This document shows, one piece after another, positions 9,532 to 18,629 of a stretch of DNA of 64,000 nucleotides (position 1 is the first letter of the stretch; each line of letters starts with the position of its first letter). Origin of the DNA: Spirochaetales bacterium (GTDB lineage: Bacteria > Spirochaetota > Spirochaetia > JABEVK01); assembly GCA_037142615.1 (NCBI GenBank), contig JBAXAI010000001.1, positions 320,001-384,000 on the forward strand, written 5' to 3'. The position numbers and the translations under genes were made by a program. The notes beneath the pieces were generated by a model. The model was given only the letters and a program-made list of their open reading frames with translations. It did not search any database and had not been told where the DNA came from.

Positions 9532-9923
9532 AACGGGGCACTAAGAGGCTTATCACCCGCAAAGAATGGCGACTTTTCTGGATCGTCTCTTTGGGTCTCT
9601 CGGCGCTGGCGGGTGGTGGCACGGCTACCTATCTGTTTCTCAACAAGCCCGAAGAGCCCAAAAACCAACTCCCATCGCAGTCTCCTTTCAAGCAGAACAT
9701 CGACGACACCATTCCCGATGCCCTGGGCCTGAAGGATTTTGTCTTCGCTGCACCGGGAGGTCAGTGGTTGACGCGTTCGTGGCTGTACAGCCGACAGGGG
9801 GCCCAAAAGTGGACTCCTGCCGAGATAGCGCCGTACTGGACTCCTGTCGAGCAAATCCCGCTCCTACAGTTGCCCGAAACCAATGACCAGTTGCTCGAAC
9901 GGTTCTTCGAGGATGTTCATTGA
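9528..9923 (+). CDS. Hypothetical single-pass membrane protein
   Basis: GTGA overlap with the smc stop; one hydrophobic segment. Confidence 0.7.
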   Translation: MKRGTKRLITRKEWRLFWIVSLGLSALAGGGTATYLFLNKPEEPKNQLPSQSPFKQNIDDTIPDALGLKDFVFAAPGGQWLTRSWLYSRQGAQKWTPAEIAPYWTPVEQIPLLQLPETNDQLLERFFEDVH

Positions 9924-11362
9924 TGCGCACCGTTTTGCTGGCCCTAGTGCTGAGTTGTGCCTCTTGCGCAACGGTACTTCCTCGCCTGAGCCCGACCTCG
10001 CCACCGATGACGGTTGCGCCGTCCCCCTCTGAATGGCTTACCCCAGTAGTGGTGGCGCCGGTTCGCGCCTCAACCCCCGTTGCCCAACTGACTGTCATTG
10101 CGACCGGCCCCGTGTGGGTAAGGCCGACGCTTGTGCTACCGCCTCCTGTGCCGGTGATAATTCCGTTGCCATCTGTGGTCCAGCTTATTCCTGTTCAGGA
10201 AAGCCCGCCGGTCCCCAAGGTGCGCCAAGTTTCGGTGGCTCCCGCGTTGCTCCGCCCCAACCCCGTTGTGACGGTTGCAGCCCCAGCTGCCGTTGTTGTC
10301 GCCACACCCAAGACCACTTCGGCGACAACAGCGTCCACCAGTGCGACAACTTCGGCACTCGCTCCGGTAGTTGTCAAACCCTCTACCCAGCTGCCAGCGC
10401 CGGTCGATCCGTTCCAGACCCCCGGCCTACTTCCAGGTGCGGCGGCCGAGGCACAGGACTTTTCGTGGCAGGACATGAATATCAGCGTCGGTGAGACCCT
10501 GAGCTTGCACTTTCCCAAGGCCAACTGGTTGTATCTCGACTCTCCGGCCCAGCAGAAAATACTCGGCTACCAGTCGACAACCCGCGAAAAGGACGGGACA
10601 ACGTTTGCCTTCAAGCCAATGAGCATCGGCCAGTATATTCTCGAGTTTCAACGTCAGGATCTCGTGACACCGGCGACCGAGGTCAGACATGTGCGGGTGA
10701 AGGTGGCCGCCGCAGGGACAAAGACCGCGACTACTGGTACCGTGACAAACCCGCAGTCGACAACCGCCACCAACGATGCTGTCGAAGCCAGTCGCCGATT
10801 GGCCGCCGCAGGGAAGACGGCCGAGGCCGTCCAGCGCCTCCTTCAAAACTACCGGGAGCAAGATACCCGGACGAACCTCGAAATCGCCCGTCTGCTCGAA
10901 GAAGGCAATCAGACGACTGATGCACTGGACTACCTCGACAAAAACCTCACGCTTGACACCCCTGATCTCAAGGATTCGCTGGTTCTCGGCACCAGACTTG
11001 CCGTGAAGGTTCCAGCGAGCCAGAAGTTGCCAGCGTACGTGCGGCAATGGTTGACTTCGCCGGTGGCACCCCCTGAGGATGTCTACCTTTCGGTTCTGGC
11101 TTCCCTCAAAGACCAAAAGCTCACCACCCTCGCCAAGGACTGGCTGAGAGTCTACGACCTTTGGTACAAGGCACCCGTTTCCCGCGACCTGTACCTGTTT
11201 TTGACGGGGAACCTGCTCGAAGCACCGGGTGACCTGCTGAACATCAAGGAGGCCTACAAGGCCTATTCTGAGCTGGTTGCCAAGTATCCGCTCAGCGCGT
11301 ACTGGAGTGCGGCCGGTGAACGAGCTTCGTACCTCGGTCGCCATTTCCTTCAAGTACGGTGA
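9923..11362 (+). CDS. Putative lipoprotein with Pro/Thr-rich linker and C-terminal TPR-like region
   Basis: Signal with lipobox-like LSC/ASC, low-complexity P/V/T/A region, helical C-terminus (ELVAKYPLS). Confidence 0.7.
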   Translation: MRTVLLALVLSCASCATVLPRLSPTSPPMTVAPSPSEWLTPVVVAPVRASTPVAQLTVIATGPVWVRPTLVLPPPVPVIIPLPSVVQLIPVQESPPVPKVRQVSVAPALLRPNPVVTVAAPAAVVVATPKTTSATTASTSATTSALAPVVVKPSTQLPAPVDPFQTPGLLPGAAAEAQDFSWQDMNISVGETLSLHFPKANWLYLDSPAQQKILGYQSTTREKDGTTFAFKPMSIGQYILEFQRQDLVTPATEVRHVRVKVAAAGTKTATTGTVTNPQSTTATNDAVEASRRLAAAGKTAEAVQRLLQNYREQDTRTNLEIARLLEEGNQTTDALDYLDKNLTLDTPDLKDSLVLGTRLAVKVPASQKLPAYVRQWLTSPVAPPEDVYLSVLASLKDQKLTTLAKDWLRVYDLWYKAPVSRDLYLFLTGNLLEAPGDLLNIKEAYKAYSELVAKYPLSAYWSAAGERASYLGRHFLQVR

Positions 11363-11407
11363 TTTGGGTTGACCTAGAGCGGTCGTTTGTACTATAAAAG
11401 TCCAGTT

Positions 11408-12742
11408 ATGTTCGACGGGCTGACGACGAAGTTTTCCGACATTTTACGATCTCTTTCCGGCAAAGGCGCCATCACTGAAAAGAACGTTCAGGACATGGTT
11501 GAGGAAATCAAGGTTGCCTTGATCGAAGCCGACGTCAACCTACGGGTTGTCAGGCGCTTCATCAACCAGACTTTGGAAGAAGCCAAGGGTTCGCTGGTCG
11601 TCCGTTCGGTCAATCCCGGTCAGCAGTTCGTCAAGATTCTGCACGACAAAATGGTCAAGCTTCTCGGTGACGTCAAGACTGACCTGACTTTGCGTGGTCC
11701 GGACACTGTCAGTACCATCTTGCTTCTGGGGCTTCAAGGGGCAGGCAAGACCACCACCGTGGCCAAGCTGGCCGCACGGCTCAAAAAGCAAGGCCGAAAG
11801 GTGCTTTTGGTTGCCGCCGACCTCCAGCGCCCCGCAGCCATCGATCAGCTTTCCATTTTGGGAACCTCCATCGAGGTTGAGGTTTACCGCGAAAGCACGA
11901 AGAATCCTGTCGATGTTGTCAAAAATGCGCTGAAGCACGCCAAGAAGAACCTTTTTGACACCGTCATCGTCGACACCGCTGGTCGGTTGCAAATCGACAC
12001 GGGGCTCATGGACGAACTGGTTCAGATCAAGAAAGCCGCTGACCCCGTAGAGTGCTTGCTGGTCGCCGACGCGATGACCGGGCAAAACGCCGTTGAGATC
12101 GCCCAAGCCTTCGACGAAAAAGTCGGCATCACCGGAATAATTCTTACCAAGTTTGACTCTGACACCCGGGGTGGTGCAGCTCTTTCGCTCAAGACGATCA
12201 CCGGCAAACCCATCGTCTTCGTCGGTATGGGCGAAAAGATCGAAAACCTCGACGTTTTCTACCCTGAGCGGTTTGCAAGCCGCATTTTGGGCATGGGTGA
12301 CGTTGTTTCGCTCGTTGAGAAGGCTCAGGAAAACTTCGATGCAACCGAGGCCCTGGGGCTCCAGCAGAAAATGGCTGGTGGCACTTTTACCCTCGAAGAC
12401 TATCTGGAACAGTTTCGAAAGGTCCGCAAAATGGGGTCGATGCAGCAGTTGGTGGCCATGGTTCCTGGACTCGCCGGGCAGGTCGATGCGGGAGCCATCG
12501 ACGAGGGGGCCATCAAGAAGGAAGAGGCCATCATCCTTTCGATGACGAAAAAAGAAAGGAAGAATCCGCTCATCTTGGGCCCGGTCCGCCGCAAGCGGAT
12601 CGCCAATGGCTCGGGAACCTCCATTTTTGATGTGAACCAGTTACTGAAGAAGTTCGAGAAGACCAAATTGATGATGAAAAAGGTCGCGCGGAACAAAGGC
12701 ATGCAGAATCAGATGATGCAACAGTTCGGCGGCATGAAGTGA
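11408..12742 (+). CDS. ffh: Signal recognition particle protein
   Basis: GLQGAGKTT, DTAGRL, TKFDSDTRGGAALS, Met-rich M domain. Confidence 0.97.
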   Translation: MFDGLTTKFSDILRSLSGKGAITEKNVQDMVEEIKVALIEADVNLRVVRRFINQTLEEAKGSLVVRSVNPGQQFVKILHDKMVKLLGDVKTDLTLRGPDTVSTILLLGLQGAGKTTTVAKLAARLKKQGRKVLLVAADLQRPAAIDQLSILGTSIEVEVYRESTKNPVDVVKNALKHAKKNLFDTVIVDTAGRLQIDTGLMDELVQIKKAADPVECLLVADAMTGQNAVEIAQAFDEKVGITGIILTKFDSDTRGGAALSLKTITGKPIVFVGMGEKIENLDVFYPERFASRILGMGDVVSLVEKAQENFDATEALGLQQKMAGGTFTLEDYLEQFRKVRKMGSMQQLVAMVPGLAGQVDAGAIDEGAIKKEEAIILSMTKKERKNPLILGPVRRKRIANGSGTSIFDVNQLLKKFEKTKLMMKKVARNKGMQNQMMQQFGGMK

Positions 12743-12755
12743 ACAAGGAGGAACG

Positions 12756-13004
12756 ATGAGCGTTTCCATTCGCCTGAAGAGATTCGGCGCCAAGAAGCGT
12801 CCCTATTACCGGATCGTGGTAACCAATTCCACAGCTCCGCGGGACGGAAAGACCATTGAGGAAGTAGGCTACTACCACCCGGTGGAAAAAGAAGGTCAGG
12901 TCAGTTTCAAGGCCGACCGGATCCGGGAATGGCTTTCCAAGGGTGCGCAGTTGTCACCGACGGTCAAGAGCCTTCTCAACAAGAGCCAGTTCTTTCTCTC
13001 CTGA
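12756..13004 (+). CDS. rpsP: 30S ribosomal protein S16
   Basis: IRLKRFGAKKRPYYRIVV...PRDGK.IE.VG.Y.P; strong SD. Confidence 0.98.
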   Translation: MSVSIRLKRFGAKKRPYYRIVVTNSTAPRDGKTIEEVGYYHPVEKEGQVSFKADRIREWLSKGAQLSPTVKSLLNKSQFFLS

Positions 13005-13032
13005 GGAAAGATTCCGGTAAGGGAGATTTCAA

Positions 13033-13266
13033 GTGGAAAAAGACCTGGTGGAGTACATTGCCAAGACACTGGTAGACGAACCTTCCGAAGTGGTTGTCAA
13101 TCAGATCGAAGGCGAAAAGTCAACGATTCTCGAACTCCGTGTTGCAGCGGACGACCTTGGCAAAGTGATCGGTAAGCATGGCCGGATTGCCAAAGCCATC
13201 CGCACCGTCCTGAGCGCGTCGTCGACCCGTACCGGGAAGCGCTTCGTGCTCGAGATTCTGGACTGA
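13033..13266 (+). CDS. khpA: KH-domain RNA-binding protein KhpA
   Basis: DLGKVIGKHGRIAKAIR; conserved position after rpsP. Confidence 0.93.
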   Translation: MEKDLVEYIAKTLVDEPSEVVVNQIEGEKSTILELRVAADDLGKVIGKHGRIAKAIRTVLSASSTRTGKRFVLEILD

Positions 13267-13281
13267 GGGTTCTGAAAGCCC

Positions 13282-13791
13282 ATGGTACCTGAGGACTTTG
13301 TCGCCATCGGAAAGATTCGAACCGCTCACGGTCTGCTGGGTGAGGTCAAACTCGTCAGCTACTCCGGCGAATGGAAGCACTTTGAACGTCTGACCGAAGC
13401 GTTGGCGGTCAAAGGCGCGGTGGAGCGGACGCTGCTGGTAGAGTCCAGTCGCTGGGCCGGCGACAACTTGCTGATGAAGTTCCGGGGGATCGAACAACCC
13501 GAGGAAGCCAAGAGGCTGGCCGATTTGGAGCTCTGGGTTCCTAAGAACTTGGCGGCACCCTTGGCGCCAGGCGAGGTTTACCTCAAGGACCTGATCGGTT
13601 GCCAGTTGGTATTTGAGGGTAGGTCCGTCGCGACCGTCACCAGTTATCTGGAAGGCGGGCATACGGAACTGCTAGAAGTGGAAAAGTCCGAGGGGGGTGC
13701 CGCCGTGGTGCCCTACGCGGACCGGTATTTGGGAAACATCGACTTGACCGGTCGGACAATCGAACTCAAGGTGGACTGGATCCTGGAATGA
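13282..13791 (+). CDS. rimM: 16S rRNA processing factor RimM
   Basis: IGKI..AHGLLGEVK, DLIG; operon context. Confidence 0.95.
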   Translation: MVPEDFVAIGKIRTAHGLLGEVKLVSYSGEWKHFERLTEALAVKGAVERTLLVESSRWAGDNLLMKFRGIEQPEEAKRLADLELWVPKNLAAPLAPGEVYLKDLIGCQLVFEGRSVATVTSYLEGGHTELLEVEKSEGGAAVVPYADRYLGNIDLTGRTIELKVDWILE

Positions 13792-13801
13792 GGACCACCC
13801 C

Positions 13802-14470
13802 GTGAAGTTTACCGTCCTGAGTCTGTTTCCCGAGATCTTGGAAGGCTTTTTTCAGTCCTCACTGATGAAAAAGGCCGTGGAAAGAGGTTTGGTTGCCATC
13901 GAGTTCGTGAATATCCGTGACTTTGCCACGGACAAACACCGAACGTGCGATGACATCCCTTATGGTGGTGGCGCAGGTATGGTTCTGAAACCGGAACCTC
14001 TGGCAAGAGCCCTGGATTCTGTGGGGGCTGGCCAGAAAAGAACCCTCTATCCGACACCGTCCGGACGTCTGTTCAAGCAGGCGACCGCTCAGGAACTGGC
14101 TGCGGAAGAAGAACTCGTCTTCATCTGTGGCCGGTATGAAGGAATTGACCAGAGAATCATTGACGAATATGTCGATGACGAAATTTCTTTGGGGGACTAT
14201 GTGATGTCTTCCGGAGAGATCGCGACTTTGGTTATCATCGATGCGGTGTACAGGTTGCGTGAAGGGGTTATCAAGGCGCATTCGCTAGAGGAAGAGAGTT
14301 TCTCTGGCGGGTTCCTTCTTGAGTATCCGCAATACACGCGGCCGGAGTTGTTCCGCGAGCGGACGGTTCCTGAGGTGCTTCTTTCGGGGCACCACAAGAA
14401 CATTTTGCAGTGGCGCAGTACACAGAGCCTCGAAAAAACAAAACGTTTGCGACCCGACTTGTTGGGTTGA
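13802..14470 (+). CDS. trmD: tRNA (guanine-37-N1)-methyltransferase
   Basis: [37 protein letters not shown]. Confidence 0.97.
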   Translation: MKFTVLSLFPEILEGFFQSSLMKKAVERGLVAIEFVNIRDFATDKHRTCDDIPYGGGAGMVLKPEPLARALDSVGAGQKRTLYPTPSGRLFKQATAQELAAEEELVFICGRYEGIDQRIIDEYVDDEISLGDYVMSSGEIATLVIIDAVYRLREGVIKAHSLEEESFSGGFLLEYPQYTRPELFRERTVPEVLLSGHHKNILQWRSTQSLEKTKRLRPDLLG

Positions 14471-14502
14471 TGTGTGACACAGAGACTGCAGAGGAGGATG
14501 AC

Positions 14503-14862
14503 ATGGACATCATCAAGGCGCTGGAATCAAGCCAGTTGCGCGAACTGACCCCTTTTTCCATCGGGGACCTGATCAAGGTGCATTTTAAGATTGTCGAAGG
14601 CAAGACTGAGCGAGTGCAGGTGTACGAAGGCACCGTCATTGCCATGAACCATGGGGGGGTCCGCAAGACTTTCACCGTGCGGAAAATTTCGTTCGGCGTG
14701 GGCGTGGAGCGTGTGTTCCCCTACCACTCACCCCGGATCGACATGGTTGAGCTTGTTCGTCCCGGGCGAGTCCGCCGTGCCAAGCTGTACTACCTGCGTG
14801 AACGCGTCGGTAAGTCGGCCAAGGTAAAGGAACTGATCAAGAAAAAGGTCGTCGCAGAATAG
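14503..14862 (+). CDS. rplS: 50S ribosomal protein L19
   Basis: [38 protein letters not shown]; GAGGAGG SD before ATG 14503. Confidence 0.97.
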   Translation: MDIIKALESSQLRELTPFSIGDLIKVHFKIVEGKTERVQVYEGTVIAMNHGGVRKTFTVRKISFGVGVERVFPYHSPRIDMVELVRPGRVRRAKLYYLRERVGKSAKVKELIKKKVVAE

Positions 14863-14875
14863 AGTCGCGAGCATC

Positions 14876-15772
14876 GTGAACGAAGTTTCCGGTGTGATTT
14901 CCGTCCCCCTGGCCCCCGGTTCTCCGCGGATTCAGGGGGACGTTCTTTTGGTAAAAGTTCTTGTCCGCTTGGGCCACGATACGTGGCGAGTTGAACAGGG
15001 GTCTCTCCAACTCACCATCAAGACCTCCTCAGACCTGGTTCCCGGACAGCAGGTCAAGCTTCGTCTGGTTGGGCTCGGCTCCAGGCCGATATTGTCTGAA
15101 CCGGCACTTCCATTCGGCCAGCCTCACTTAGGTGCCGCGACAGCAACGTTTGTCGCCCAGGGACTGACCTTGCTGCCAGAAAGGCTCAGGGCACTTGAAC
15201 GATGGTGGAAAACCACGTCCTGGGTACCCGGCCCGGAAAGTGATACGTGGGGAAGGGCCTGGGAATCCCGCCGATGGCCCGAGAATGGGCCCGGTAGTGA
15301 CAATCTCTTGTCGTGGATCGTCTGGGAACAAAACCTGCTTCGTGGTCAGGCAGAACCCCCACCTTCTCAGGACGGCTTCTGGGAACTCTGGAACAGCGTT
15401 CCTACTGTGGGTTCCCAACGCTGGGTTACCTGCCCATTCCAGTGGAGCATCGGGACCGACACCGGATGGGCCCTTCTGAAAGCCGCCATTGAACCATGGC
15501 GCTCAGAGATCCACTACTGGACCGTCGTGGCTGCTCCTGCCCATCACCCGGTTCGCCTTTCCGCGCGGAAGCAGAACCCTGGCTGGATCGTGCAACTTCA
15601 ACTCTTGGGTTTAGAAGATTACCAGAAGGCGGTTTCCAGCTGGCGCGATTGGACGAAAGGAATCCTCGCCGAGTCGCCGGAATTGTCTCTCGAGCTCGCC
15701 GGCCCAACAACGCCGACCTTGGCAGCAGAGGTTGTCTTTAGGCAAACGGGTGGTGTCGATGAAGTCCGATGA
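14876..15772 (+). CDS. Hypothetical Trp-rich protein, possibly FliK/YlqG-like partner of the FlhB-like switch protein
   Basis: N-terminal beta-rich segment (LVPGQQVKLR); directly precedes a FlhB C-terminal-like gene. Confidence 0.55.
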   Translation: MNEVSGVISVPLAPGSPRIQGDVLLVKVLVRLGHDTWRVEQGSLQLTIKTSSDLVPGQQVKLRLVGLGSRPILSEPALPFGQPHLGAATATFVAQGLTLLPERLRALERWWKTTSWVPGPESDTWGRAWESRRWPENGPGSDNLLSWIVWEQNLLRGQAEPPPSQDGFWELWNSVPTVGSQRWVTCPFQWSIGTDTGWALLKAAIEPWRSEIHYWTVVAAPAHHPVRLSARKQNPGWIVQLQLLGLEDYQKAVSSWRDWTKGILAESPELSLELAGPTTPTLAAEVVFRQTGGVDEVR

Positions 15773-16019
15773 GCTAGTAGTAGGCGTCAAGTACATTCCA
15801 TCGGAGCCGGCCCCACGGCTTCTGTTCCGGGCCAAGGGCGAGCAGGCGCGGCGGATTCTGCTCCTTGCCAAGGAGTTTGGCGTGCCCATACGTTCAGAGG
15901 AACAACTAACGCCCTTGCTGTACCAACTCCCCGAAGGATCATGGATTCCAGAACGGCACTTTGAAGTTCTTGCTCAACTGCTGGCGGCAGTCTATCATCT
16001 AAAGCAGTCTCCAAAATGA
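15759..16019 (+). CDS. FlhB C-terminal-like (EscU/YscU/HrcU switch, YlqH-like) protein
   Basis: APRLLFRAKG..ARRI...AKEFGVPI, IPE..FEVLAQLLA.VY. Confidence 0.85.
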   Translation: MKSDELVVGVKYIPSEPAPRLLFRAKGEQARRILLLAKEFGVPIRSEEQLTPLLYQLPEGSWIPERHFEVLAQLLAAVYHLKQSPK

Positions 16020-16981
16020 ACCCACAAAAAAACCTCGGCAACAAGCCGTCGCTCAGCCACTGGGACTTCCCAGACGATGCTGCCTCAACAAAGACTTATC
16101 TCGCTGCTCTCGAACAACTCCAGAAGCTTTTCATCGATGTCCAGCGTGATGCCTTCAGCCTTTCCGAGTTTGAGAAGTTCGTAAACTCCCTCGTCTCGAC
16201 ATTTCAAAGTCAGTCCTGGGGGCTCTTCCGCGTTTTTCTGGACCAGAAGGTATTCCAGGCCTCAACCGCCTCGACCTGCCTCAATACGGCCTTGGTTTGC
16301 TTTCTTTTCGCACGCGCTAATGCGTGGAGCGGTGAAAACACCGGGCTTCTGGTACGGGCGGCTTTGCTTCATGACATCGGAATGCTGTTTCTGCCCCCTT
16401 CCGTGCTCCTCAAGGAAGGCAAACTCAGCGAAAAAGAACGGGCAATCCTCGAGAGTCACCCCTCGGTTTCCTTCGAGCTCGTCAAGAAGTGGGGAGAAAG
16501 CTTCGAAGCTACCCAAGTAGCTCTGCAGCACCATGAAGAGTGGAATGGCACCGGCTATCCTTCCAAAGCGGTCGGTTCCAAGATTCACCCTTGGGCCGGC
16601 ACCGTTGCTGTCTGCTTGAACTTCGTGGCCCGCGTCACCCAACGAGGTTATCGAAACAGCGTAGTCGGCTACGAGGCCGTCAAGAAGTTGATACAGGATC
16701 AGAATGTCCGTTTTCAACCCTCGATCGTGAAGGACTTCGTCAAGACTACGGGACTGTACCCGCCGGGAAGTATCCTCCTTCTTAGCGACGGGAGCATCGC
16801 CCGGGTCATCGCACTGACGCACACGAACGTCATGCGACCGCAGATCCGGATCTTGATTGACCACTTCGGAAGTCCGTTCCGAGACGACCGCGGGCCCTTG
16901 TTCGAATTGTCAGAAGCCCCGAAACTCTTCATCGCTCGACCTGTCAACCTGGAAGACCTGTTCCCCAAAGATGTCAACTAA
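16016..16981 (+). CDS. HD-GYP domain protein (degenerate)
   Basis: LLHDIG, HP, QHHEEWNGTGYP, YPPGS C-terminal extension. Confidence 0.88.
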   Translation: MNPQKNLGNKPSLSHWDFPDDAASTKTYLAALEQLQKLFIDVQRDAFSLSEFEKFVNSLVSTFQSQSWGLFRVFLDQKVFQASTASTCLNTALVCFLFARANAWSGENTGLLVRAALLHDIGMLFLPPSVLLKEGKLSEKERAILESHPSVSFELVKKWGESFEATQVALQHHEEWNGTGYPSKAVGSKIHPWAGTVAVCLNFVARVTQRGYRNSVVGYEAVKKLIQDQNVRFQPSIVKDFVKTTGLYPPGSILLLSDGSIARVIALTHTNVMRPQIRILIDHFGSPFRDDRGPLFELSEAPKLFIARPVNLEDLFPKDVN

Positions 16982-17333
16982 AAAGGACGGAGACCTAGGC
17001 GAAGATACTGTTGCGCTCTGGTTGTCTTCGCAGGGATACCACATCATCAAAAGAAACCTCAGGTGTCCCGAGGGAGAGGTCGATATAATAGTGTACAGGG
17101 ACGCATGTGTTGCCTTCGTCGAGGTAAAAGCCTGGAAGAAGTTCGGCATTGAGTCACTGGGACTCTCAATCCATTCAGGAAAAAGGAGAAACATCATCCG
17201 AACAGCCAGATTTTTCCTTCGTCAGTACCCGGAATGGAAGCAGTTCCGTCCTCGTTTCGACGTGGCCTTCATTGCCGCCGACAACAGCATCCATCATTTT
17301 CCAGATGCTTTTACGGAAGCAGGCTTCCAATGA
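16971..17333 (+). CDS. yraN: YraN family (UPF0102) PD-(D/E)XK nuclease-like protein
   Basis: G..GE, RN.R...GEVDII, FVEVK, RFDV. Confidence 0.92.
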   Translation: MSTKKDGDLGEDTVALWLSSQGYHIIKRNLRCPEGEVDIIVYRDACVAFVEVKAWKKFGIESLGLSIHSGKRRNIIRTARFFLRQYPEWKQFRPRFDVAFIAADNSIHHFPDAFTEAGFQ

Positions 17334-17485
17334 GCACCGACAACAAACCGGATGCCGAACGAATCCTTGAACTTCGGAGAAAAATCCGTGAAGAGGAATA
17401 TCTCAGCAAGGCCATCCAAGAAATGGCTTTGTTGTTGACAGAGAGCATCAATCGGAGTCATTTTCTACTTCATGAAAGAAAATAA
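17330..17485 (+). CDS. Small protein (51 aa), FlgM C-terminus-like
   Basis: ATGA overlap with the yraN stop; ERILELRRKIREEEYL..AI..MA. Confidence 0.65.
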   Translation: MSTDNKPDAERILELRRKIREEEYLSKAIQEMALLLTESINRSHFLLHERK

Positions 17486-17843
17486 TCAGGAACGCCGCGG
17501 TTCCCGTGGTCGACGTCGCTTTCGTCACGACCACGAAAGTCCACGGGTGGTGATTCCGCCCCAGGATTGTGCGGTTTGCGGCACTCCTATCGCTGAAATG
17601 GCCAGCGCTGTGGCGTGGAGCACCGAGAAACGACCTGCTCACTTTGACTGTGTCCTCCAAGAACTGACCAAGCGAGAAACTTTGGTCGATGCTGAGAAGA
17701 TCGCCTACCTTGGTTCTGGCATGTTCGGCGTCATTGTGGAAAAAGAAAATAGCCGATTTGAGGTTCACCGGAAGATCATGGTGGATGATCCTGCGAGTGC
17801 GCCCGAATGGCGTCGGGAAATACGAACACTCTACAAAAGGTAG
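17472..17843 (+). CDS. Hypothetical zinc-binding protein
   Basis: Arg-rich N-terminus, CAVC...HFDC motif, YLGSGMFG. Confidence 0.8.
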   Translation: MKENNQERRGSRGRRRFRHDHESPRVVIPPQDCAVCGTPIAEMASAVAWSTEKRPAHFDCVLQELTKRETLVDAEKIAYLGSGMFGVIVEKENSRFEVHRKIMVDDPASAPEWRREIRTLYKR

Positions 17844-17858
17844 TGAAATGGCTCCGGC

Positions 17859-17898
17859 GCAAAAAAAAACTGACCCAGTTCGGGTCAGTTTTTTTTGC
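17859..17898. terminator. Bidirectional intrinsic terminator
   Basis: A9-CTGACCC-AGTTC-GGGTCAG-T8 between convergent genes. Confidence 0.9.
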
Positions 17899-17908
17899 AC
17901 TCGCTAAC

Positions 17909-18613
17909 TCAGTATTTCGTGAAGGCGGCCAAAACCGACTCTGCTTTCTTGCGAACGGGCGTAATGTAGTTGCCGTTCTGGATCTTGATCAGGGCGGCGA
18001 ACACTTCCTGGCTGACTCTCCCATTGTTCTTCTTGCCGAGCATCTCCAGCGAGGACACTGCGGCAAAAGCGAAATTGCTGTCTGGGCGGATCGCGTCTTG
18101 AGATTTGACAAGGTTGGTGATGACACTTTCCACACGAGCCGACTGGTCACCGCCTCCGATGAGGCCCAGAGAGTACACCGCCTCAGAAATCACCATGGGT
18201 TCAGGATCCTTGATCGCCATGTTGAGCAAAACTTCGCGCGCCTTGTCCCCACCTATTTGCCCTAGAAGTTCTGCGGCCTGCCGCCGAACTTCGGGATAGT
18301 CATTGATCACACGGCCGTTTTGGCGGATTTCACTTGTGGTGCCTTCGCCGCCAAGTTGATCCAAGAGTACGATCACATCCACGCTCTTGTCGTTGACTTT
18401 GCCCGTCTCTACCATTTTGGCGATGAAATCGAGCGCCTTGATCTTCTCGCTGCGCCCCTGCTCGTTAACCAAGCTACGAACGACCTGAACTTCCACGCTG
18501 CTCTGCAGATAGACGTCCTCCACGGTCTTCGGTCCGGCCTTGTCTGTCGATTGCGCGAAAAGAAAGACGGGAGCCATCAACAGCCCATAAAGGAGGGGCA
18601 AAGACTTCTTCAT
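17909..18613 (-). CDS. Secreted HEAT-repeat protein
   Basis: Signal peptide; YPEVRRQAAELLGQIG and DPEPMVISEAVYSLG repeats; AAGGAG SD. Confidence 0.85.
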   Translation of the reverse strand: MKKSLPLLYGLLMAPVFLFAQSTDKAGPKTVEDVYLQSSVEVQVVRSLVNEQGRSEKIKALDFIAKMVETGKVNDKSVDVIVLLDQLGGEGTTSEIRQNGRVINDYPEVRRQAAELLGQIGGDKAREVLLNMAIKDPEPMVISEAVYSLGLIGGGDQSARVESVITNLVKSQDAIRPDSNFAFAAVSSLEMLGKKNNGRVSQEVFAALIKIQNGNYITPVRKKAESVLAAFTKY

Positions 18614-18629
18614 ACGTTCTCCTTGTTGC

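Noticed and set aside
10300-10360. Thr/Ala-rich quasi-repeats
   Set aside because: Low-complexity protein linker, not a DNA repeat array or CRISPR.
14410-14502. Extended rplS start
   Set aside because: Overlaps trmD; the strong SD marks ATG 14503.
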